DNA of 56,290 bases, filler included, from Basidiobolus ranarum (taxonomy: Eukaryota), in assembly GCA_040143965.1 (NCBI GenBank). It is 5 parts of 5 records of this genome, joined end to end, with 100 filler letters (N's around TTAATTAATTAA, not from the genome) between each part and the next. Parts side by side here need not be neighbours in the genome. Positions count along the whole stretch, not along the records: positions 22,599 to 33,776 come from JASJQH010007507.1; positions 33,877 to 45,043 come from JASJQH010007508.1; 3 more parts are not named here. One strand, given 5' to 3'. Below are positions 24,860-38,700 of this stretch, piece after piece. Position 1 is the stretch's first letter. Every line of letters begins with the position of its first letter. Under the pieces are notes generated by a model that saw only the letters and a list, made by a program, of their open reading frames with translations, had not been told where the DNA came from and made no database searches. The position numbers and the translations under genes were made by a program.

Positions 24860-27800
24860 AACGAACTTTCGAACAAGTAAGCATTCACTGGAAAACAGAA
24901 ATTAAGGTGTACCAAGGTTACTTAGGTATAGATTATCAAAGGAGGATAGAGTTAGGATATGGGGAAAACAGAAGACAGACGTTGGATAGACGAAAATCAG
25001 GAAGAGAAATCAGATATAAAATGAGGAGCACGTATATGTATGTAGGTCTCTGTTAGTGCCTGAGTGAAACAATTGGTGAATCGACAAGGTAGAAGAGTAG
25101 AAACAGCGAAGAAGGGATAATCAGGGAGAGAGAGAGTAAGAAACAAATTCTAGATGGGAAAAATCAGGAAGTGAGGAGCTGGTTATTAGAGAGAGGGCAG
25201 CAAATATAGGAATTAGAAACCTGTTGGCGGCTGTTACACTCCGCACATCTATTGACCAAATAGGATTCCCTAGACAGGCAAATAATGAAACTGAGCTTAA
25301 TTGATAACTACTAAACAATGACCTATTTATGATAATGTCTGAATGGCAACAATGAGGATAAAAATAGAAATCCTGCAGCTGAGGAGAGGAGCGCGCCATC
25401 GCTAGGTTAATAGATTTAATATAGATATAGTAATTTGCCACCAATCAGGGCCTCGGAAAGGGAGCTACCCATTCCCTCGTTTGAGTTTGTTTTTATTTTG
25501 TCCACTTCCACAATAGCGATGGCGATATAATGGCATCACTTGATATCTGTGCCAGACATAGCCTGTGATCAATGGCTACAGGCCAAAATTAGATCCGGCC
25601 ATGATAGGCTCGGTACAAGCGAAACAGTCACTGTACATGTGAGTAGTGAAACACTCTAGAGTAAGTAGAGCCAGAGACTGAAACATCCCTGGCTCTCCGA
25701 AGTCAGCACTCATGGGCCTTGATTCCGGAACAACGCGACAATCTCGCCAACCACGGGCTCATATTCGGCGGATGCTAGTAGCAAAGCTCTTGTGACTAGA
25801 TCTGTGGGCATCCAACATTCATTGGCATCACTGCTTGGTAGAGTTGCTACAATCGGGCCTCATTAGCGGAGCTTAGGGGTACTGAACGTCACTGACTCTG
25901 AGTCGACCCCATCAGGAAAGCCCTGACTGAGACATCTAATAAGCACCCAGTAACTCAAATAAATTATCGGAGATTACGAGTAACCTTGCTGTTTCGGATT
26001 GATATACAGCCTGAGCATCATGGTTAGCAGAATCCCTGGGATATTCGATTGTTGCCAATACAGTTCAGTCAAGTTGTAGCCCATTTAGGGCCAAGCTCAC
26101 CCCACCTGGGACTGATCTCGGCTTTTCCCACCATATTTGACATTTTGTTTGGCAGATGCTCAAGCTTTGCGTACCTCACTCTAAACTAGCAAGAGGGGTT
26201 TTCTCAGGGGTATGTTGTGAATGCTATGGCTGCATAATCGATTTAATGCGCAAAGCAATCCAATGTAACCTCACTTAATTTAACTCTTACCTGAAGGCGT
26301 CTTCAAGGCTGGCCGGCCTTTGCCGCAATCTAAATTCCATGAATATCTTCGCATGTATCATCTGCTTGTTATCGGTGATATCCATACGATAGGGATATCG
26401 TAGCATTCTCCTAGCTGGCGATAACTGATCATATATCCAAGGAAGGCCACACAGCCCTCGCGATTGGTACAGAGCTCTTGATGATCTGGAGATGCTGAGA
26501 TTAGCTCAAGTAACGCAATGCCCTACATGACAATGATGCATGCGCTTGCAGCTAGACCAAGTACATTTCCTAGTCAAAAATGGCCAGATGCATTGTCGTC
26601 CAACGTTGGGTGAGATTAGCTTTGATGAACAAATAAACCACAGAAGTAACATGGCTGGATCCTTCGATGGAGTCAGATCCATGTGATAGTCGAGATACGC
26701 TATTTGCATGATTTCTTAGACTGGTATGATGGGTAAGAAGCTCTTGGAACTGCTCTCAGACCGGTCATTCAAGGAGCGCGGCGTAAAACGGAGCCACTGG
26801 ACATAGACGTAGATCGCTCACGACGGGCTTCTACTAATCTCTCCGATAACCGACTATCAAGCCGTAGTCCCTTATCTCTTCCAATGATACGTGCCTCTCT
26901 CTAATCTGATCAGCTTTAGGGTTCGCCTTCTCCCTTTGGCAGATATGCAGTCCCCATCTTTCTGATCTCCTAAACATATCCGTACAATTCAAAAAGTGCA
27001 AGATAGTGGTATCTACCCTTTTGTAGTAATATGTTTCACTCGATCCGATTTCTGTTGATTAGAGTTTTCCATATCCGGAAGATATTAATAAGCTAGATGA
27101 AAGAACAGGTGGAAATTGAACCTTTTTGTCACATAAAAGTCGAATCCAGCCCAGTGGTGTGTGACATCAACTTCATAAGCATGCACATCCCTGTTTTCTC
27201 TCGGTTACATAGCAGTACTTCCAAGCCTTAGTCACACTCTATGATGTGAAAAGAACGTTAGCTTGGTTATTTACTATTCCCAACGACCGCAGTACCAGTA
27301 GCAATATCCATTGCAAAGTATAGCTGATTTAGCTATCCTACCGTGGAACTGGTTACAAGAATGTGTTCTTGAGTAATCTAGGTTTACTAGGAGAAACGTG
27401 TTGACAAATGGTGTTTGCATCTTTCCATATTAAAAATTGTACTACATAATGATAATGGCACGTGTTTTACCTAAGTACGTCATAAATGGCGGCTATCAAA
27501 CAATCTTTTTTAAGGTACTTCTTTCAAATGAGCAATTGGGAAGCTGGATGGAGTGATGGATAAGCTCGAGCTGCAGAGTATTCACTAATGGGACTCTACT
27601 ATTCGTGTTTCAGGATAACATGAGCTCAAACATGAACACCAAAGCAAATTGCTTTTTGAATTACAACTAGCAATACTTTCATTGAGTGGGCAAAGTCACT
27701 CGTTAAATCATGCCTCTAGCAACAATATTTCAATATATACGAGTTACCGCTGCTCTGGTAAAATAGGTGCCGCTTTTTGTCAAATAAGAATCAATTGCCA

Positions 27801-29109
27801 CTACTAAAATAGAACCTATAAAACTGAAGTGATGCTGATGGTATTCTTCGGGTAATGGTTCTTTACACACGCAGTTCAAATTCACTGTAGACATTGAGTC
27901 GTTTAATGATGGTGGCTGCTACCCAGAATATATAGATATCACACCGATATTTAGTTCATTTGGCTATCTCAAATGCAGCAAGGCTTGTGGATATTCAAAG
28001 TATCTCACTGTTGACGGGATGCGTATTTAATACTTATGGCTAGGATAGAGTTGATGGGAAAGGCAATCGTGATCGTTGGTTTGTAGATATCGAGAGAAGT
28101 TTGCTATATTGTCCATCAGCGTAAGTTTCTTTTCCCTATGCTAAGCATGCTGTACTTGATTTGCTCAAACCTGATATTCTTATATCTCAACTCATTATGA
28201 TGGTAGTCAAATGACTGCACTCAATCCACAAGCAGGTAGAACATCAGTAGTCACATAATAAAGTGGATTGAATTATTGTACAATCCAATAACTTACAAAA
28301 TAGAATATAGCTAGCTGTAAACGCAAGACATAAAGCACAGTGGCTGTTTGAATGTATGTTAAAGCATGTGACAGTAAAAAGATCAAGTTAGCCTAGGGTT
28401 TTTGGTCTAACGCAATCATAGTAGAAACTTGATCCATCATGACAGTGCAGCCCCAGATCACTATCGGAACCTCAAGTATACTTGCTGGTATTCATGCACT
28501 GTTGGATGGTGGCAAACAGGCTACTTATTAAACTACGATTAATAACTACCAAGTGAAATGTGATGGGTAAGATGTTAGACAGAGGCTTGAGTTACTGAGT
28601 TGGTTTGAGTGAGGTCAAGTGCTTGGTGTAGAAATACTGGGAAACCTATATGCAGTTAGTAGGTTTATCTGAAAAGTGATAATAATGCAATGCCATTCAT
28701 ATGTTAGAGATATCCACAATAAATCATTTCAAATTAGCAATATCTAAATCACTATATCTACCTACATACTGGCTAATTAATCGAAAGATGTGTCCCATTT
28801 CATAGCAATAGATTAAATTGTTAAATGATGCACATATGAAAAGCCAATTGCAATCTTTCACACAGGCCAATATTGATACTGATATTAGCAGTCACCGCAT
28901 TTACCTCGTAGTTGGTAATGTTCGGCAGATTTAATGACCAGGTTGAATTTACCCACATAACCAAATATCTCTGTAGTCTTGCATGGTAACTCCTAGCTAG
29001 TCTTTCAGAATTACAAGCATATGTTCTCTTTACAACCAACAATTTGATACTCGTTACCTTGCACCAACTCTCAGATTCTCTTGATACCGAAAGTTTTCAC
29101 AGTGATCAT

Positions 29110-29780
29110 TGTTGAAGTATTTTGGGAGTTTGTTGGAAGTGGTTTGGAGCACTAGAAGAATTGACGGGTTTTACTTATTGATTTATTGTGTAGAAAGTTG
29201 ACATTTATAACTTTGTAAAGAGATGAGCAAAAAAACATGTAGAATATGTTAAGGGAGGTCTCAAGAACATTTGTGTAGAGTTTGGGGTTTCTAGAATAAG
29301 TTCCCAAAATTTACATATCTCCAAACCAAGTAGATTTATCTTGAGAATAGTGAATGATATCTTATGGATGTTGAAATTAGCATTGCCTAAACACCTATAT
29401 AGTCATATATAGCTTAGTATTTAGTAATCTTATATTGAACTAAGGTAATACCCATTATTCTCAATTGAAATTTACTTAGAATATTTTTACCAACTTAGAA
29501 GTTCTCAGATATATAGATTTTTCAAACTTGTGCTGGAAGCCTCAAATTTTGCACACATGTTTCTGGGACCTCTTTAAATACATTCTACATGCTAGTTTGT
29601 TTGCAACTTAATAAAATTATAAATGTCAACTTTCCATCAAGTAAATCAATAAGTGAAAACCACCAATTCTCCAAACCACTTGCAACAGGCTCCCAAATAC
29701 TTTAATAATGGAAATATCGAATAACTAAGTACTAAGCTATATATGACTATATAGATGTTTAGGATATGCTAATTTCAACT
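29110..29780 (-). mobile_element. Copia solo LTR (outer copy), split by a nested LTR
   Basis: 29110-29368 and 29708-29780 together form one reverse-strand LTR copy. Confidence 0.82.
29369..29707 (+). mobile_element. Copia solo LTR (339 bp) with 5-bp target-site duplication ATGGA
   Basis: TGTTGAAATT...CCCAAATACTTTAATA flanked by ATGGA at 29364-29368 and 29708-29712. Confidence 0.9.
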
Positions 29781-30563
29781 ATTACATGCAGTGCAGTATC
29801 CTCACGTAACACTGCAACCATAGTGAAATAGTTTCTTGAATTTGCTTGAAATGTATGACAGTAGGATGTAGGCCAGCTTTGATTATATTAGGGTTCCTAA
29901 GATATAGTCTGAGAAATGGCTATCACATCCAAGTAAAGCATGCACCCTAATTGTCTAATCCTGACACAGAGAGGCAATGACAATCAACCACAATACAGGG
30001 TTCCTTTGGATCTTATAATTTGAATGGGTGTCACTTGAGGAACAGTCGGAAAGCAAGTCTGATGCCAGCAGTCATTAGGGTTAAAGTCCATAGCCCAATT
30101 ACCTAATAAGTATGCTATTTTTTGGCAGTGGTTTGAAACTGTATCCAGAATCGTCACATGCTATCTTCTTATTCCACTTAGCCCAACTTCATTTTTCCTG
30201 GATAAGCTGTGATTAGAAAACATCCTTAAGCTTGCTAGTCCAAGAAATGTCAGTTTACATACAATATTTCGGATATAAATAGTGATATGTATGTCAGATG
30301 ACAGTGAATGTGCCCATGAGAACTACTTTAAGACTGCATTATTCCGTATGTTCATATTTATTGCTTATCAGTAACATATCGATGCAGTCAAATACAATCC
30401 ACATAATTTTCCCAAGCTCACTAATACTTGAAGATCCCTTTTCTGGATCTATCCAGGATCTCCCTTCTAAACATATGCTTGTGTATGGTCCATGCGAGTT
30501 GGCAGAATGTAAATCCGAAGGCAAGCGACTGGACTAGGATATCGCGTGAGATTGTGATTCAAC

Positions 30564-31760
30564 ATGCACTCGACATCTGGATATGATTTGCTCGTTGCGT
30601 GGTTATCTGATGATAAACTCATTATAAAGGTCGGGTTTGGCTTTGAGGTACCTCAGAGAATGTTCATCGTAGCTGATCAGTCAATGAGCCTCAACAACGG
30701 ATTTCAAATCCCCTTCCATGGCTTGTTTGATGCTGCTCAAAATGAACATATGTCCGATTTTTCTTCCATCTCAACTCGCTCCTCTGATTCCTCATTAATC
30801 GCCACCATTCCATCTCGATTCGTTTTCAAAGCGATTAGGCGCACCCAACCTAAAAAACCTCGCCAGGATCGTTTGAGTGAATTGCCGCTTTTTGTAGCAT
30901 TGAAAAAGCTCAAGACTCGTCAGTCGATCAAAGAACTTTACGGCACTCTTTCTATTATATCTTCTACGACCTCGGGAAGTGTGGTTTATACCAGTTTTTC
31001 CCCACAAACCAAGCAAAACTATGCAATTAAAGTATTCCGCTTTCGATACACTCACGAGACTCACAGAGAATATTGCCTAAGCATTAGTAATGAAATATAT
31101 ATCGCGACTTCGTTGAGTCATAAGAACATTATTCGAACCATAGATGTCTTGGAGGAAAATGGAAGGATGTACAAAGTCATGGAGTACTGCCCTTATGACC
31201 TAATCTCAGTGTTTGAAAAGACAAATCCTACTGAAGATGAAGGGGATCAGTACTTTGTAGAATTGATTCACGGTCTCGCTTACCTTCACCATCGCGGAGT
31301 AGCTCACCGAGATCTCAAGCTAGAGAATTTGTGCCTTGACAAAGATGGCCATTTGAAAATCATAGATTTCGGCTTTGCTACCCTCTTTAGGAACTCCTCC
31401 AGCCATGAGACAATTTACGCCAAGGGGGTTTTCGGCTCAAATGGATACATCGCACCAGAAGTATGGACTCGAGAATCATACGATCCCTCCAAGGGTGACA
31501 TTTGGGCGTTGGGAATTCTTTATGTTGGAATGCGAACCCGAAAGTTCCCTTGGGAGCGAGCAACCATCGAAGACAGTAACTTTGAGCTATTTTCACACTC
31601 CTGGGACGCCATTAGATTATTCGACCAGTGCCCACCGGAGTCTATCCCTCTTTTGAAATGGATTCTGGAAATTGAGCCCAGTTGCCGAGCCACCATCCAG
31701 GACATAGTCAGGGATCCTTGGTTTCAATCCTTGGAATCCAAAATCTCTGGCAGCCATTGA
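30564..31760 (+). CDS. Ser/Thr protein kinase, HAL/SAT4/NPR-like
   Basis: YAIK, SNEIYIATSLSHKNIIRT, VMEYCPYDL, HRDLKLEN, DFG, GSNGYIAPE, DIWALGI; the true start codon may lie downstream of 30564. Confidence 0.9.
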   Translation: MHSTSGYDLLVAWLSDDKLIIKVGFGFEVPQRMFIVADQSMSLNNGFQIPFHGLFDAAQNEHMSDFSSISTRSSDSSLIATIPSRFVFKAIRRTQPKKPRQDRLSELPLFVALKKLKTRQSIKELYGTLSIISSTTSGSVVYTSFSPQTKQNYAIKVFRFRYTHETHREYCLSISNEIYIATSLSHKNIIRTIDVLEENGRMYKVMEYCPYDLISVFEKTNPTEDEGDQYFVELIHGLAYLHHRGVAHRDLKLENLCLDKDGHLKIIDFGFATLFRNSSSHETIYAKGVFGSNGYIAPEVWTRESYDPSKGDIWALGILYVGMRTRKFPWERATIEDSNFELFSHSWDAIRLFDQCPPESIPLLKWILEIEPSCRATIQDIVRDPWFQSLESKISGSH

Positions 31761-33595
31761 ATCACAAAGAGCAATGCAATGAAACGGCTGGTCATGTTGT
31801 TCGGATGTTGCTCGACAAATCTGTATTAATCTTTGTAATTAGTTCGTATACCAATGTCGAGAACAGCCCCTTCTTGTAATCAATAATACTCACATGAACA
31901 CTGTCTGGTTACAAGGTTCTGTAATATAAGCAAATCGGAAATGTGGAGTCGGTTGGAGTGGGCTCCGATTAACCTAGTCTTCCTCTAATTTTAATAAAAT
32001 ACTTTTTGATCCTTTAATCAGTGTTCCAGTTCCAATCGGATTTGATTTCGGTTAATAATCATATCACTGGGTAGCGCCATCATCCCTAAATGGTGTACAT
32101 ATGTTGTTGAGAAACGATGCAAGAGATATCAATGTTAAAGAATATTATAGTATCCACCACAATATATTGGGAGGTACGGCTACTCCCTTTTAGTCATCTA
32201 TCTGGTATCAGACAATGATGATTTTCAATCATAACATTGTATCGCCGCTGCTGGTTGCAGCTATACTTCGATCATCGATGCTTTCCGCTTTAAATGGCGA
32301 TTATTTCAAATAGCGGAGAACTTGATCGATTAACTGCCGATTGATTGAACTGTAAACATATGATAAGATCGCCCAAGATATGAGCCTAATTGCATTGTCG
32401 ATGTTATCAGTATTGCCTTTTTTGTTCTTTCGAACCCGTGCCAAGGAAGAGAAGGATAAAGTCCGTTTCTAATCGGGCTTTTGACATGCGAAAATCCATT
32501 CCTGGTTAAATGACACTACCTTGAGTTGAGTAACCTATAACCATACTGAGGCAGTACATGTTTAGCCTAGTTAAAAGTAGTGAAATAGGTGCATTTTATC
32601 TGGAGTTCTCGTGAAAGATTGATGTAGTACTCACGGGATTTTCCGGCCAAAAAGAGGTCCGGTCCAGCCCGCTGCAAAATGATGTCAACAACTTCATACT
32701 TCACTGGTTCTTAATAGTGAAAATGGATTTACTCCACTTGATATCAAGTAAATGAGACAAATTAAAATTCGTCGAGTTAGTGTGTGTAACTTTATGAGCA
32801 GTATTTGCTGCAGCTATTCCATCGGAATTGACTTGGAGGATAAATAAATTCTTTCTTATTTAGCTACTTTTCACTTCAAGCATTTGACTATATCCGACAG
32901 TGAATATCCATAGCTCCAGACTCTGCAATTCAGATTGGCCTATGATCTGGAGATAGCTCCTCGAGTCACATGTGCACCTGCTACTCCACAAAGCCGGTTA
33001 GATCACATACTTTGATTTGAAAATCAGAATGCTGCTAATACTTGCATAAAAATGAAACCATTGAAATAAAACTTACTCTTTTGTTAATAGTATGCGTAGT
33101 GATGCTTCAATATTAGTAGTAATCTTAGCAAATCGTAAGTTGTCTGATCCTAAAATTATGAAGATTTATTGCGTGGTGGAATCGAAATTCGTAAATACTC
33201 ATTCAGCACTATGTCAATATATATAGTCTATATTGACTATCTGTGCCTCTCAAGCATCCTCTATATTCTAGTCACCTTGGAAGAACACACTCTGTCAAAC
33301 ACTTTAACATAGAGCACCAAAATACTGAATGGCATTATATTATTCTTTAAAAGCATGCAACCTGAATTGTTGCTAATTATACTAAGTACTAAACATTGTC
33401 AAGGATATTTCAAATCTAAATACTGTTCCAGAAATCTTTTACAGGTTGGTCTATTAAAGTACTATTATCTCAAATATTATTGATAGCTAGTGTTTCAAGG
33501 TATTTAGATCTGGGGCTATTTGAAATCACGTTTCTAAATCCTAACATACATATTTACCTCACCATTAACATACTTCATCAGTGTTATAGAATGTA

Positions 33596-33776
33596 TGTTA
33601 AAGTATTTGGGAGCCTGTTGGAAGTGGTTTGGAGACTTAGAGGAATTGGTGGTTTTCACTTATTAATTTATTGAGTAGAAAGTTGACATTTATAGTTTTG
33701 TCAAGATGTAAACAAACTAACGTGTAGAATATGTTAAGGAAGGTCCCAGGAACATGTGTGCAAAGTTTGGGGCTTC
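33596..33776 (-). mobile_element. 3' part of a copia LTR, cut by the gap
   Basis: Reverse complement is nearly identical to 1-176. Confidence 0.88.
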
Positions 33777-33876
33777 NNNNNNNNNNNNNNNNNNNNNNNN
33801 NNNNNNNNNNNNNNNNNNNNTTAATTAATTAANNNNNNNNNNNNNNNNNNNNNNNNNNNNNNNNNNNNNNNNNNNN
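33777..33876. other. Artificial contig spacer
   Basis: N44-TTAATTAATTAA-N44. Confidence 0.97.
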
Positions 33877-34399
33877 AGATATTCCTATTTAGAATATAGG
33901 GGCTATAGATACATTGCTTTCTGCTTTCTGTTTCTGATATATGTATCATAACTAAAGTTAACTATGATGTTGAATAAAGATTAATTATCCAACAGAAGCA
34001 TTAGGAAATGGAGTTATTATAAGCTTCAAAGAATTGTATTACTAGGCAGCAATTGATATCAATACCTTTGAAGATATAACTTGAATTATACAAAAATTGC
34101 TCGAAGTTGTATTTAAGTGTCTCTTAGAGAGAGGGATAGTTAGAACTGACCATGTTCAAAGTTCTCAATATACCCTTTTCTATATTTGCATAATCAATAT
34201 TAACGTAGCTTTAAATCTGATCATAGTAATAAGCAAAGAATCATACAAGATGTACGTCAGTGATGACTCAATTTTGAGTTAGGGTGAGCAGTCGTGTGAA
34301 ATATGTTGCTAATATCAATCCGATTTATTTAGGTTATTTTGAAGTAAACAGCTGTTCTAAATATTCTCACTGTTGTCTTCACCCTACCTAGCTCCACAA

Positions 34400-35791
34400 A
34401 TGCCTCCCTCTTCTCCCCCCTTTCCTCTACCAGTTATTGATCCCAGATCAGCTAATAGAGATGAAAACGTCGTGTTCTCTATGCCACAACCTCGGAATAA
34501 TACGAATGCCGTTTTTTCCGGAATACCTCAGCCACCAGAAACGTACACTTCTCCAACACGCATGCCAGAGCCTCTGAGACCTACTGCATCCTTAACGCAT
34601 ATGCCAGAGCTTGTTGTTGGGCAAGAGACGCCTCAGAGAGCTGCATTCTCTGATCCTAGAAGAGAGGCTTTCCCAAATTTAGCTTTATTTCCGGAGCCCG
34701 ATAAGAATATTTCAAGTTCGGAGAATAGTTCAGAGCCTCGTTATAACAACTTTAGTCGGATTTCCAACCAATACAGCCGCGATTGTAACAATAACCTTTC
34801 TTTTCCTGAGCCGGAAATGGTTCCTGGATTTTCCCAAGTTAACCTACCTAACACAATGCCAGCCGTTCAAATCCCTAACATTTCCATCCCGTTAACTCAA
34901 CCAGCGGGAGAAATGCCTAGCTTTCCAGTCCCTGAGAATTATGTGGTATCTGACGAATATGAAGGAGATTCTGCCGAAGAAAACAACCCACACGACGTGT
35001 CCAATTGCTCTGATCACACTGAATTAGAGGGTATCGTTCCAGTCACTGATAACCTCTACCCTCCTTTGTTCTCTGGTTATCCACCTGCCACACCTTCACA
35101 AGTCGCTGCTTTAACCAACCTTACCGGCACCAATGATTCCCACGAATTTGAGTGGGTTTACTCAGTTGATGGGTAAATAACGTTTCAAAATTGTATCCTA
35201 TATTCCGTTGATTTTTAACAAATTGATTTTAATTTTAGTTACATCCCACCCGAAGCTGTAGGTTGTGGTAAAGAAAGTAATGGGTCACCTTTATATGTTG
35301 CCCGTAGAGATTATAAGAAAGTCACACATGTGGGCATTACTGGCCCACATTTAAAGGGAATCCGCTTTGTTCGTAAAAGTAAGGGACCATATCTAATATC
35401 AATTCAATAATCAGCCTCGAATAATTAATCACTAAACTCCATCTTATAGACTCGGTATTAAATCAAAAGGCATGTTATGTACTATGTGGCGATATCAAAG
35501 GTCTTCGATGGATCAAGTGTATGGGCACATTTAAAACTAACGGGGAAAAACTGGTGCAAGCGGGGGTCACGGAAAATGAAAAACCTGTATGTTCTCGAGT
35601 CTAGTGTACTATTTAAAATGAGTCTATTCTCACCTTTAGAAATTTAGATATATATAGGTATTGTTGACTATCGTGGAGGCATATATATCGGTGAGGCTGG
35701 CGAGCACATTAGTGGCGGAATGTGCTTCGCGTACCAAAACAAGAAGATTACTGCTCCTGACTTCTATTACATCTTGGCATACAATTACTAG
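34400..35791 (+). CDS. DM9-repeat (DUF3421) protein with a long Pro-rich N-terminus, 4 exons
   Basis: Exons 34400-35172, 35239-35378, 35450-35586 and 35648-35791 give FEWVYSVDGYIPPEAVGCGKESNGSPLYVAR...YVLCG..LRWIK..VQAGVTENEKPIYIG...YYIL, i.e. two DM9 repeats. Start codon uncertain. Confidence 0.82.
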
Positions 35792-38700
35792 GCAGATTAG
35801 CGTTGCGACTAATGTATAGAACAACCGATTATTGAAGTAACACTGGTATCTCTACATAGAGCTTGATTTATACTCTTATGCTCGTCTCGTATTACTAAGA
35901 CAATACAAATGAAATGAAATATGTTAGGATTTTCAAGTTAATTTGCAATTAGTGATATATACATACTGTACAATAAACCTTATATTATTCACCAACTTCT
36001 ATGTGTACATATATCCTCATGAACTATGAATGAACTAATTCATACTTATCAGTAACTGTTTCGCAACTAAGATAACTGACCAAAGCTAGCATTTTTATCT
36101 ATTGTTCACAGGTATAGAGCTATAAAGAATCCCCAGTCTTTCTCTCAGTTAGTTGGTTGGTTAGTGGTCTTTTAAAGCACTACTTCACATAAAAAACTTG
36201 AACTCCATTTGGCTTTAGTATTTCGAAAAGTCAAAGCGCCTTGATAAAATATATTTAACCCACCTACGAAATAAAGCATACTGGTCAGCAGTATTGACAA
36301 GCAATTAAACAAGTGTCACAGTAAGCTACTATCATATATATATCTTCAAAGAAGCTATAAAATTACCTTACTTGCTGATTTAGTAGCTAGTTGGAATATC
36401 TCAAAATACGGTAAATTTTTATCTGTTGAGTAATTAGAGTATATATCAATTTGCTTCACTTACACCAGGTTTTACAGACATGCGTCGTTATTTAGTAAGT
36501 AAATGCTTGAATATCCCACTTAACACCAGTTCACAACTTGAGATTTTTCTAATCTCAAGCAACTAATAAATTCGTTAACATTCATTACTGTTAGATTGGT
36601 TCCAGAATGAATAATTCGTGTATATCCAAGTCAGCAAGCGGTTAGAATGATAGAAGAGCATAGTCGACAACAGGACCGATCCCAGTGCCAGTGGAGAAAA
36701 AAAGAAAATCTATATCAATCAAACCAAATTAAGAAATTCCTTTCCATATTCACTCGTTGATGCAAAAAAGTCTTGGGACATTTTAAGGCTGCACAATAGT
36801 TGCGGAATCTAACGAAGATTCCTTCCAAGAGTGTACCCATGCATACAATGTAATCTAGACATACTAAACTGAGTACAGTGATACAACAGTGATTTTGCTT
36901 CCTTACCAACACCATCGGTTCCCGAAGTCTATAAATTGGATTACATCACACAGCCAACCAAAAAAGGTAAGTGCTTGCTACTTATCAACATTCCATCTGC
37001 ACCTACCATTTATGGAAGTGAGGAATATTGGAGTGAGCATAAATGACGGATGTGTTAAATGGGAGCAGATCAATGTGATCATCATTTTAAGAGAACTCCA
37101 GAGAAAGCAGTGTATGAGAATCGTATGATCAAAGCTGAGATTCTTCCAATTCATAACCATAATAGGCCATGACATCGCTCACCCGATTCCTATATTCCTG
37201 AAGAAAGTTCCACGAGAATACGGAGCAGTGATGTTATCGAAGTGTTACATAAACTGTGATTGAAGCATTAATGGCTGATTGCACTGAAAAATGGGTCACC
37301 ACCGCTACTCAGGAGTACTGCCAATTTTAGTAAAAATGCTTTGCCAAATCCTATTTCGATCATAGTTTTAGGCTGTGAACACGAAACAGGATAAGTGCGC
37401 TTACGAAATCTATGGGATATACAAATATTTTACGTAATGTAGCATCTACTGCTTGGAGAAACATTTTTCCAACCTTAAAATATAATAAGCGGACGCATCA
37501 TAATGTCCCAAGATAGTGCACTCGAACAGCCTTGTTCGAAATATGGCTGATTTCTTTCCTTATATTGGCTCTGAATTATCAACAAATTCTCTATGCGAAA
37601 CATGCTCAAATTGTTGCCATATGTGGCACTCCAGAATAACAAATAATTGTTGAAGGGAATTAGGGAATTGTAGTCTCAAGAGAAGGTCTATTGAGGTACA
37701 AACGTACCAATTTATGGTAGGTCACTAATTGTAGAATTTCTTTCTGCCTTCTGAGAAGATTTTGCTAGTTTGGCAACTATTACTAAGCCCGCAACACGGA
37801 TGGCTTCAAGATCAGACTCTTGGCTGATTTTTCTTGTCGAGCAATGCCTCCCACATCGAGAGGCGTGGTCTCGGGAAAGCACATCCCGTTCAATGGATTA
37901 CATGGATATAGATTTCGATGAAATATCGAATTTGTAAACTGATTTATCTTCTTTAATATTAATCGACTTCCTATAAATCTCTTTAAAACGGCTTCCCTCG
38001 AGTGCCTTTTGATAATCAGTTTCAAGATATTTGATGGACAGAGGTATATTTTGGGCACTATTGTATATTCCGACACTCAACCAACTCGATGTTCCCTTGC
38101 CCATACAGCTGTCTAATAAGGAGCATGTTGTTCGAGTGAGGCCGTTTGATATAATTGGAGGTTTAATGCGATTAAAGCATCACACTTAATGAATAAAATA
38201 GGGACTTGGCACTAGCTCTTGTGTGGGAAATATGATCGCCATGAATTATTCTTATATTCAAACTCAAAATACGGATATCAATTGAGCGAGACCGAAGCAA
38301 GACGTAGCCTTCTATTATATGTATCAGTGACGTTCGTGGCGCTATCCATAAATTGTAGCTTCCACTCACATACAGTTGACAATCTCAAATGGTTGTAAGA
38401 ACGGCAGTGATCTATGTGTACTATTTTCCATCACAAAAATCGAATTTCTAAACCAGGCAAACTATTCCTTCATCGAAATGGCTTGACAAATTTGGCGGTT
38501 TCAGAACCTTCGACGGAAGGAAATGTCGTTCGATTCCCTTATATTCTATCTTTACTGCATGGAGTCATAACTAAACTTCTTTGAGCTGTAAATCAAACTA
38601 TAAAGTGATAGCCAGTGTTCCGTCTTCGTCTCAAGCAAAACTCTACATGTACATCTAGAACCTATCTTAAAGGGAATCTGGTGAAGAGAAAAATGGCTTG

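Noticed and set aside
38172..38369. ORF with kinase-like IIEG...IIHGD words
   Set aside because: No Lys/Asn after HGD and no DFG or APE downstream.
38480..38540. GTTCGATTCCC T-loop-like motif
   Set aside because: No cloverleaf or acceptor stem could be built around it.
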